A DNA stretch of 64,000 bases from Lama glama (Eukaryota), in assembly GCA_028534125.1 (NCBI GenBank), contig CM052816.1, positions 79,486,001 to 79,550,000 on the forward strand, in the 5' to 3' direction. Shown here in pieces: positions 12,660 through 22,469 of the stretch (within the stretch, counting starts at the first letter, position 1; every line of letters starts with the position of its first letter). Both the position numbers and the translations under genes were made by a program. The notes under the pieces are model-generated. The model worked only from the letters and a program-made list of their open reading frames with translations. It had not been told where the DNA came from and did no database searches.

Positions 12660-12990
12660 TCCTGTAAAGAGGGAAAAATTAACAAAGTTATTAAGAGGCT
12701 TTCTCTGTATATGTGCTAGACCCAAGTAGTTTTCAGATGAGTTCTTCTAAACTCTTAAAGCACAGATAACTGGTATAATATTTGAACAGTTCCAGAGCAT
12801 AGAGAGAAAGGAATCAACCCAATTCTTCTTATGAGGTCATCATAACCATCATACGAAAACTTAACAAGGCAAAATAGAAAATTATATCTAAAAAGTATGC
12901 AAAAGTTTACCTAATATGGATTATAGGCACATATTAAAACAACTCCATTATGTAAGGATGATTCAATAATAAGAAAATCATAATAAAATA
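12660..12990 (+). mobile_element. Ancient L1 ORF2 fragment (pre-RT region)
   Basis: GACCCAAGTAGTTTTCAGATGAGTTCTTCTAAACTCTTAAAG is a decayed [14 protein letters not shown], and CCCAATTCTTCTTATGAGG is a decayed PNSFYE. Confidence 0.65.
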
Positions 12991-13249
12991 ATATAATTAA
13001 TGTTCCATGTACCATGGTACTTAAGTACCATGTATCACGTGGCTGATTAAAATAAAAATTCACTCCTAACGCACTCCTTGGACACTCAGTCTTGTTCAAA
13101 GCAATATTCAAGGCATTTCTTCACTTCTTCTTACCTTTGGGTATTATTTCAGATTTCCATTCTCCTTTTTGTGTTGTTATTGTTTTAGCTAGTACTCATT
13201 CATGGTTCTTTTGACAACTTTCCATGCAGTCATGTAGGTACACATGTAG

Positions 13250-13405
13250 ACAGTGTGTTGGAACCATCTTTCTGTATCTCATAAAAGCTAATTGTCTGCA
13301 TCTTTTCCCAACACTGTGTTCAGTGGGATCAAGTCGGTCACTTGAAATTAGTCTTGGTGGCAGTATTGAACCAAAGAAACTGGCAAACGCCACAAGTTTT
13401 TCCCC
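13250..13405 (+). mobile_element. MER63-like (hAT-Blackjack) MITE
   Basis: TGCATCTTTTCCCAACACTGTGTTCAGTG..CTTGAAATTAGTCTTGGTGGCAGTATT..AAACTGGCAAACGCCACAA matches the MER63 core. Confidence 0.7.
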
Positions 13406-13539
13406 AGAAAACACTCTTATCATTGCAATCTTATGTTTGAAAAATTATTAATTAGCAATTTTTTTGGTAAAATAAAGATCATAAAGGGTGACTTTTATTT
13501 TGGTAAAACAAAGAATTCAAAACTCAGAGCTTAAAATTT

Positions 13540-14085
13540 TATACAAGATCATTTTAATAGACTAAATGTCTATTGACAGGGTAATGATATATAACTTATG
13601 TTAAGCCCACACTAAGGAATATTGTACAGTAGTGTAACAAGTATATATATTCTTGGCATAAAAATATTCTTAAGTGGAAAAAGTAAATGGCAGAAAATGT
13701 GTATCCTATGTAGCATTTATGTACAAAAATTATGTATAGACTGAGAAGAGAAATTTGAGGGTCTCTGATAATGCTCTATTTCTTGATTTAGGTAGTGGTT
13801 ATATTGGTGTATTCCATGTGTGACAATTCATTAAGCTGTAAAATTATGACATGCATGCTTTTGTGTATGTATTATACTTTAAAAGTTTACTTTAAATGAT
13901 ATCTAAAGACACATATGTACAGAGATGTGTGTATTTATAATTTCTTTGAAAAATATCTAAAAATAATCAATTATTGATAGCGATTTCATCTGGTGAGAAG
14001 AGTGACATTTGGGCAATGTTGGAGGGGGACTCAAATATTTTGTATTTTTTGAGTGTTTTACAATGAGTATATACTATTTTGTTGG
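13540..14085 (+). mobile_element. Old L1 (L1ME-like) 3' end
   Basis: Shows CTGATAATGCTCTATTTCTTGATTTAGGTAGTGGTTATATTGGTGTATTC..ATTCATTAAGCTGTA, typical of L1ME 3' UTRs. Confidence 0.6.
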
Positions 14086-14145
14086 GATAGAAAATTTCCC
14101 CAAATAACTATTAAAAATTAGTTACACATCTACTCATTTCACTTT

Positions 14146-14289
14146 TTTTTGTTTTCATATTTTTTCCATTAAAGGTTATTATAAGATATAGAACATAGTC
14201 CCCTGTGCTGTACAAAAGGAACTTTTTAAAATTTTTATATTTGGTGGCTAACATTTGTAAATCTCAAACTCCCAGATTTATTGAAATTG
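14146..14289 (-). mobile_element. Short L1 3' UTR fragment with TSD
   Basis: GTTTTCATATT..GGTTATTATAAGATATAGAACATAGTCCCCTGTGCTGTACA matches the young L1 3' UTR. ATTTCACTTT occurs at both 14136-14145 and 14290-14299. Confidence 0.75.
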
Positions 14290-15679
14290 ATTTCACTTTA
14301 CACATTCAGCTGTTTCATGTGTTCTACTTGAGGTTCCGGATGGAAGGCTACATTCTCTCCTGTGTTTTGCAAACATATTCACAAAGGAGACACATCTGAA
14401 ACGTAAAATCTGTGTGACAGCCTCCTTCAAAGGAGTCTCATTTATCTTTGAAAACAAAGTAAACTACCTGAGTGAATACAAATTCCATCTTGTGAAATCT
14501 TTGTTGAGAGGTAAATGAATAATTGATCAGACGGCTACAAGCCTATGCGTTGGCACTTACTCTCCCCCAGGTGCACTTGAATAAATATTTTAGTTTTACA
14601 ACATTCTTGATTGTTAGTATGAGGAAGTATTTGAAGACTAGAGACACAGAGTGTTCAATATGTCCAAGGCTGATCCCTCCCAACTGCTACACCCAGAAGA
14701 AGTACCATTCTCTAATTCACTCAAAGCTACCATGTAAGCTAGTGGTGGCGCTGGTTGGACCATTCTTACAGAAAGCAGGACAATTTCTTTTCATTGGAAT
14801 ACACTTCGGAATGAAAGCCTTTTGGGGCCATAACTTACAACAATGTTGGATTAGGCTCACCTGTTATTTCTAACACCTTTAGAGTCTTCCCTTAAGACAT
14901 TTGGTTACTTAGCATATAATGAAAACATGGAACTATCTGGAAACATTCTTTTTTAACTTTGGCATTGTTAATTTTAAAGCTTTCTCCAGGGTTGCCATTT
15001 TAAATCTCTGATGTCTAGACTGGTAAAAGAACCTTATTGTATATTGTACTTTTTATCCCCTTAAGGTAATTCAACAATGAATGCATTTTTTTATTAGACA
15101 GGCTGCACTGGGGTATGAGTTTGTAATTTGCATTTTTATTCTTCCTGCCAGCCTAACTTTAAGTTTGGGGAAATCTTTACTTTCCAAATCCTAAATAATG
15201 CAAAACTAACCTCTGGCTATTTGGAACCTTCTGCAAACTCACCTGTTAGTCAAGTCTGAATCTGTGGAGAGGATATCACAGAATTTATATCTGCTCCAAA
15301 TTCTGGTTAAACACCTAGGTTTATCCATGTTGGGCAAAGATGCAGATAGAAGCAGAGTGCTCAGTAAATAGCTGTTGAATTATTAGTATAAAATGAATGA
15401 ACCAGAGCTGCACAGATGAATATGGATGGACTACATAAATATAACTCTGAATGAAAAGACTAAGTTTCAAAAGATATGTAAAAATGATGCCATTTATATA
15501 AAAATTAAACTTTTGCAAGGTGGTACCATACATTGTTTTGAGATGCACATATGCCAAATATGGGCTATACATATATAATAAATATGGGATACATATAAAC
15601 ACATATGTGCATACAGGTGCATACATATATACATACATATCTGTGTGTGTATCTACATATACATGTATATCGTATATAA

Positions 15680-16316
15680 TGTATTTCATTATTTATAGTA
15701 GGTATGTTCTGTAAAGTTACCACAGCTACTGATTTAGCAAAGACTGAACCACTGTACTAGCGGAAATTCAGTATTAGATGCCTGTGAGGCTCTGGTCACA
15801 ACATTTTTCGCAACTGATCAATACATAGACTTGTTTTATTTGTGTTTCCATTTAAAGACCACTTATTTATTATATATTATTGATTCATTAACATTGAACT
15901 CACAGACAACAGCATTATAACTTATGCCTGAATGAAGCTTACCTCACACAAATATTTTCTCTTTCAGGGAACTTAGGAACACTAGACAGCTCTTCAAACC
16001 TGCACATGGAGTCCCACTGTAAACAGTGAAATCACCAACAAAAAACATAACACTGCAAAAAGCATGGCATTAAATGGATGACAAAAAGGACTCTTATTTA
16101 TAGTTTGAGAGCTGAAATGAGAAAGCTGGATGTTGCCTTGCTCAAACTCAACTGGAAACATGAATTAAATAAATCAAAATTTATGATGGTCTCTGTGTGT
16201 CCATGAGTAGTACCACAAAAAGCGCTGGGAATATTGATTTGGACTTACAAATAAATTTTAACAAGTAGGCAAGTTTGCAAATACAGTAAATTCTATAAAC
16301 AATGGGAATCAACTAT
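15680..16316. mobile_element. MER82 (TcMar-Tigger)
   Basis: Shows CTCTGGTCACAACATTTT, GATTCATTAACATTGAACTCAC, CTTAGGAACACTAGACAGC, AAATCACCAACAAAAA and TACAAATAAATTTTA. It sits within TA-rich sequence. Confidence 0.85.
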
Positions 16317-16354
16317 ATATATATTTTGTTAGATCATTATTGCCGATAATTCAT

Positions 16355-16445
16355 GTGTATGTATATATATATATATATACACACACACATATGTATTTGT
16401 ATTGTATATTATGTTATTTATATATCGTATAGTATATATTTATAT
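16355..16445. repeat. (TA)n/(CA)n low-complexity tract
   Basis: Directly visible. Confidence 0.85.
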
Positions 16446-18069
16446 TTAGTCTAAATAAATGCATGAAAATGATAAAGTCCAAATTAAGGCAAGGTGGGAG
16501 TAGCCTTGAACTATAGGGAAGTATAAAGAAAAGGGATGTGATTACGGAAATAGATTAAGAATATTTTTACTTAAACTGAGTAGGAAACATATAGTTATTA
16601 ATTGCAGCATTTAAATCTTGATTTCTTTTGTTTGTTTGAAATAGTTTAGAATAAATTTGAAATGATTGTTTTTAAAATAACAGAAAATAATTCAACTATT
16701 GATAATTCTCATAACAAAACAAGCAATGACCTACCTCCATTCCCTATCTAGAATCTTATTTCCTAGAGGCAGTTATGTTTAAAACTGCCTTTTCTTTTAG
16801 AATGTTACCCCATTTTTTTTAAAAGGATGCCTACCTAGCTCTTGATACTGTATAGAATTTAGAATTGTGCAGAATGAATGCATCACCAAACAAAGAGTGC
16901 AGATCCTCCCTTGGAGAAGTGGACTCCATTCCCAGTGGTTCAGGTTCAACACCAAGTTCAGATCAGTGTTAGCCTTGTGAATCTAACCTGAGTGGCATGT
17001 GCAACAGACTTCCTATTAGATTTCAAAGACTGTGTTTTCAAAGGCTTTGTGTATTCAAAAGCTATGTACAGGAGTGAGGGAGGAGGAAACCAGAGATTTG
17101 ATAGTGGTGAGAAGGACAGAGAGCAGGTTGATGCTTGAGAGGCACCAAAGGGAGTCAGACAATAAGTTATGGTAAAGATGGTAATACGTTTGCCGTGTTG
17201 CTTAATTCCTGCCACAGAGTAGGCGCTTAATGAGTATTTGTTGAACTAACAAGTGAACGGATGTAAGAGGCGATGGAGTGTGACAGATGTAATAGACTAA
17301 GATGCTCCAGTGTTATGGTTGGTTTCCCCTGAAACATTCTTTCATAAATATAAATTAAAAATATTTCTCATCTAGGTTGGAGAGCTAAAGAAAAATGATG
17401 TTTGTGCTTCTAGCACCCTCACGTTGCCAGGGTCTCAGAGAAAATCTGGTGGTTTATGTCAACAGGATGGCTCTACCCTTCTTAGGAAGTTATAGTCAGA
17501 AGAACTCATTTCCAGAAGTACTTATTGATAAGAAATTCACTTAAAATCAGAGGGTGAAGGGGCTTCACCTGGGGAGAATAGAGAGATCTGAGGGGTACTT
17601 AAATTAAGAAGTTGATATTCAAATCTCTCTTATCTTTCCCTGAAGAGTCTATTTGTTTTGTCTTCTCCTTTTCCCTGCCTTCTGCGCACATTTGGGCGGA
17701 CATCACACGTGAGACATTTTAGTTATTTGCAGAAGGATCTATTGCTAAGTCCATGGCTTAGCTGTGCGTGACTTTTTCATGAGCATGTTAGTTTTATGTT
17801 TTTTATGTGTGGCCTCCTGGAAGTTCTCACCATATTTTGCTAGTTTATTTATCACCCATTATTCATTGTCAGGATTGGAATTAGCAAATGTATTCTTTTG
17901 TTAAATCTTGGTTTTTTTCCACTTCTTCCTCTGTGCTTAATTCTAAATAGCAAATTCATCACAGTAGTTTCTTCTGGTTCTAATCCATCAACAACATGAG
18001 TATAAAAACCCATGAATTCCTTGTTCATGCTGGTTTTGGTGATGGTCACTATTCCATTATTTCATTATA

Positions 18070-18290
18070 AGTCACAGCATGTTGTGGAAAGAGGAGGGAT
18101 TAAAAGCTCTGATTTTCATCCAGTTCTGAAATTTACGAGCTCTATGAATTTAAGCCAATCACTCAAACTCCCTTTGCCTTAATTTCTTTACCTATCCAAT
18201 GAGTTTAATAATATTATTCTTGTAGGACTGTTGTCAAATCAACTGAAATAAAAGGCTAATAATGTCTTCTGGAATGAGCGAAGTATTCCA
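18070..18290 (+). mobile_element. MIR SINE
   Basis: Shows CAGCATGTTGTGGAAAGAG..GCCTTAATTTCTTTACCTAT..GGACTGTTGTC. Confidence 0.55.
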
Positions 18291-19129
18291 TCAATCCAAA
18301 ACACTAGATGCCAGATGTCCCTGTAGTGAGGTTGCCCTGGTCATTGGTTTAAGGTATTCTGGCCTGGAAATAACTACTGTTCATGTCAGGCAGAATCATA
18401 ACCAACCCCTTTGTAGAGCCCAATTATTCAGTCATTCTTAAAAAAAAAATTATTGAGCACTTACTATGTGCCTGACATTTTTCAAGGGGTTGCAAATACA
18501 CTGGTTAATCTTATAATTAAAATCTTTCTTCCCATGAGTTTATATTCAAGTTAGCACAAGTGTAGAGATAAAGAATAATTTATACAGAAGAGAAAATATT
18601 TATGTACAAGTATATTTGTTTATACTGCAGAAGTGATGACATGTCATTAATGTCATAAATTATACACATAAATAAGTGCTCAAAAAATCTCCCATTGTTA
18701 TTGTGTATACACATATCTTATCAAAGCCATGGCATGCAAAAGAAAACCAAGGTGATATTTAGGGTGGAGATAAGGGGAGTGCTCGCTCCCTGAACCAGGG
18801 CCAAGCCCTAAGAGATGCTTTTATTAATAACTCTACAGAAAGGACATTTTCTCTCTTTTCAGATACAGTCAACGTCTCTTCATCCTTACCTGTCTTTCTG
18901 TGTGTGTGTGTGTGTTTAAATGAGAGAAAATGTTGTCTCTAATCCATGAGAGACTTTTTCCTTGGCAATCTCCATCACTCAATGAAAAAACTGTATCAAA
19001 CTGTACCCATCTCCCCTGCCCCTCATCCACCCTGAAGACTATATATATATGCACTGGAACAATCCATTTTGGGTGCATTTAATCCTTTTGGTAGAAAGCA
19101 AAAGCTAGCTCATCCTTGTCCTCATAGTG

Positions 19130-19310
19130 TAGCACAGTGGCGGAGAACACACGTGTATATTAGATCCCAGATACACCTCTTGGCCACTGCATAAACTTGG
19201 ACAAGAGATTAGTTGTTCTGTGCCTCAGTTTCTTCATCTGAAATCACTCATCTCACAATGTTTTTGTAAGAGTTTAATTAACAATGTACATAATGTCCTG
19301 TATGATACAG
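19130..19310 (+). mobile_element. MIR SINE
   Basis: Shows ACTTGGACAAG..TCTGTGCCTCAGTTTCTTCATCTG. Confidence 0.65.
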
Positions 19311-20946
19311 AATGATCACTCCATCAGCATTTATTGAGTAGTAGTATTTCTTGACAGGGTAACGCGTCTTAGTTTCAGCATAATCTTCTAGCAGGGAGCC
19401 TGGAGTCTCTGAGGATGAATAAAAGTTTATCAAGTAAATATAATAAATACATAGTTTCATCTGTGTAATAGATGAAATGTTTTGGACCCTAGTATCTGCA
19501 ACCCCAGGTAATTTATTTAATTTCTCTGGAGGATCATTTACCTGCTCACTAATAACACAAAATGGTTCAAGTTCTAAAAATGACCTGCGAGGGAAGAAAA
19601 AAACTATACAGAAAAAAATAAAACTATAGTGAGGACTTAAAATTATTTAGAGGTGAAACATGAATAAGAATCAAATGGAAAAGTTTTTAAGTTCTTGGAC
19701 GGGAGGAACAAAGAGCCCCTCAAGTCATACTGACGGACACAGCCCAGTGATGTAAACAGAAAAGGTAGTTTCAAAGGCTTCTGGATCATGGGAACCATGA
19801 AGAACGAATAGATCAATTATCTCTAAGTGTCAATTTCTTGAATTGTTGAGTGGATGAAATGACAATTAATTTAAAGTGCTCGGAAAAATGACAAAAGTAC
19901 TGTTTTAAAATTGAGAGGCCATTTTAATAATGAACAGATATGCTCCTTCAATAACATATTTAGGGCCAAAAAATAGGATCTGGTGTGAGCTTTCTGTCAG
20001 CACCCTGCTGTTTTGGTAGATTTAAGGTATGATGTATATAGTCAGTCATTCCTTACTTGCTAAAAATTTAGAATCCAAAATAAATTATGTTTAAATAAAT
20101 AGTCTACCTCTTCTTCTTCTAAATAGAGTTTTTGAACTTTGCTGTTGTTATAGAAATATTTTAAATGTTTTTCAATGCAGCCTAGAGTATGACTGGTGCC
20201 TACTCTGATGTCATTCTGTAGGCTTAGGAAAACTTGGATTTACATGTGAAATAAATCTGCATAATGGTACAAGGAAGGAGTTGGAGAGGGCAGTGAATAT
20301 GAATGCCACAGGACCCTGGAAAAATCAAGACAGTTTATTAGCTGAAAAGAATTTGATCAATATTTTGACAGACGTGCATTTAGAAGATGTCAGGTTCATT
20401 TTTATGTCTTTTAAAATAGTTCCGGAACAGTATTAACAGTGGTGTTCAGTGAGTGTTTGGCTATAATCAAAGACTATCTGATTATGCTGTTCTTGTAAGG
20501 GAAAATTTTTACTTCCTTGGACAGTATTCACCTCAGAAGCCCTTATCCATGGGTCTTTAGCAAACAATAATAATTTTTCCATATGTCTAAAGCTGGCTTT
20601 TGAAAATCATCCAGATACAGGAGGCCTGGTAGATTTTCTCAAGATACGAGAAAAGACATCTCAAAAGAAAAAACAAATATCTTATTTTGTCAAACTGCCC
20701 ATATAGTAGAGTTCCTTGAAAATTTTCAAAATTACCCTTTCATGTCCCACCATTGTGTCCTATTTCAGTCTAATACACGTGGGATCAGAAACTTTGCTTT
20801 CCCCCCCAGATTAAGATTATGTAGATTGGAAGGAACTGAGAAACAATGAATGAAAGGTTCCCGGAACTTTTAAGACATTTAGGGGGAAGGAAATAAAAGA
20901 TCCTATGACTTGAGCTCTACTCTCAAGGAACTAACAATCAAAAAGG

Positions 20947-21592
20947 TGAAGAAGACTGCATTCATTGTATGGCACTGCATAAGAAATTACCTCCAAATTT
21001 AAGAGATTTAAAACCATAAACATTTATTACCTTACAGTGTACCAAGCACTGAGGGTCCAGGGGCATTTGTGGCAGGCATGTCCAAGATGGCCCCAGTGAT
21101 CCCCCATCCTGGTGTTCACACCCTCCACATGGTATCAGGATTGTCTGTGTAACCAATAGGAGATGACCCGGTGATAATGCATCCCTTCTGAGATTAGGTT
21201 ATAAAAGATAAGCCTCCTTCTTTGTGACTCATTCTCTCTACCTCTTAGATAACTACCTCTTAGATAACTTAGATAACTCCTTAGAAGTCAGATGCCACGT
21301 GGGAGCTGCCTTATAGAGAGGCTTACAGATGAGCCGCGGATGCCACGTGAGTTAACTTGGCCAAGTGCCAGCAATAGCCACATGTGTGAACTTGGCAAAG
21401 GGCCCCACAGATCAGTCAGGTCTTCAGAAAGCTGCAGCCTAGCCAGCATCATGACTGCAGCTTCCTGAGATTCTCTGACCCAGATCTCCTCAGCCCTCAG
21501 ATACCATAAGGTAATAAATGTTTAGGTTTTAAGTCTCTAAATTTGGAGGTAATTTCTTACGCAGTGCCATACAATGAAGGTAGTCCTCTTCA
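20947..21592. repeat. Inverted repeat, arms 20947-21034 and 21507-21592
   Basis: 20961-21034 is the reverse complement of 21507-21578 with about 2 substitutions and 2 single-base indels. The next 14 bp outward match at 11 of 14 positions. Confidence 0.9.
21068..21575 (+). mobile_element. MLT1 (MLT1E/F/G-like) LTR
   Basis: Starts TGTGGCAGGCATGTCCAAGATGGCCCCAGTGATCCCC and ends AATAAATGTTTAGGTTTTAAGTCTCTAAATTTGGAGGTAATTTCTTACGCAG. Confidence 0.8.
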
Positions 21593-22469
21593 GACCAGAA
21601 GTGCTTGCAGAATTAAGCAATGGTAGATGGCAAGGAGGTCTCAGCTCATGCGGATAGGCATCTTGGAGAAAGTGTGGCAACAGGGGAAGCATTTCAAAGA
21701 GAGAATACATCTTCCTGCCTCTCACCCCAGCCCTGTAACTCTTCTCTCCAGGAAAAGCAGCTTACTAGTGTCCTGTGTATCTTTCCAGAATATTCTGAGC
21801 ATTTCTGATGTTGATTTTGAACATCTTTGACCTACAAAAATACTAAGAAGTTCACCTTAATGTATATGGAGGAGAGAATCACGTAAAATTGTGAAAGCTT
21901 TGTACTGTGTTTTAAACCTATCTGCAAAGTGAGTGTTTTTCAATCTTGATTTTTAACATCTGTTGTCTGAATGCGCTTCCCTTTTATTCTGCTTTTCTAT
22001 TTTGCCAAGATCCATGGAACAGTTTATTCAAAGTTGCATTTGGACTTGAGACTGTTTCAAAGTCAACTTGAAAAATAAACTTTTCTCAACGATCACTTTC
22101 CTTTTGCAACAGACTATTTCCCATTGGTCAGTCTTTTCTCTCTTTCTGGAGATAGTTATCTGTCATCAATAATTCATATCTGTTTTTAATAAATGTGCTG
22201 TTAGTTTTCATTAATAATTCATTATTTATTAACTGTGCTTAGCTGAGGGTCCCTGAATATTGAATTTACATCCTCTTAGAATTGTGAAAATCTTATTCTT
22301 ATGAAATTCACACAGTAATTATTAGGATTTTATTCTTGCCTATAAACCTTGCAAGCTTCTGGGACTTTTCCAAACACAGTCTGTGCATTAAGTTATACTT
22401 TTCTTCTTGGGAACTTATTTGTATTATATGTTATCTTTTGGAATCATGTTGCCCACATTCTGTAGCTTC

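Noticed and set aside
14301..14396. Minus-strand exon (acceptor TTTTACGTTTCAG, frame CVSFVNMFAKHRRECS...)
   Set aside because: The apparent donor is TGT|GTAAAG, which is weak and overlaps an L1 TSD. The peptide is unrecognised.
14738..14755. CTCF site at GCTAGTGGTGGCGCTG
   Set aside because: Only the 3' half (GGTGGCGCT) matches. The CCASYAG half does not align.
15321..15714. 122-aa and 64-aa Tyr/Ile-rich ORFs
   Set aside because: They are translations of TA/CA low-complexity sequence and old L1 DNA.
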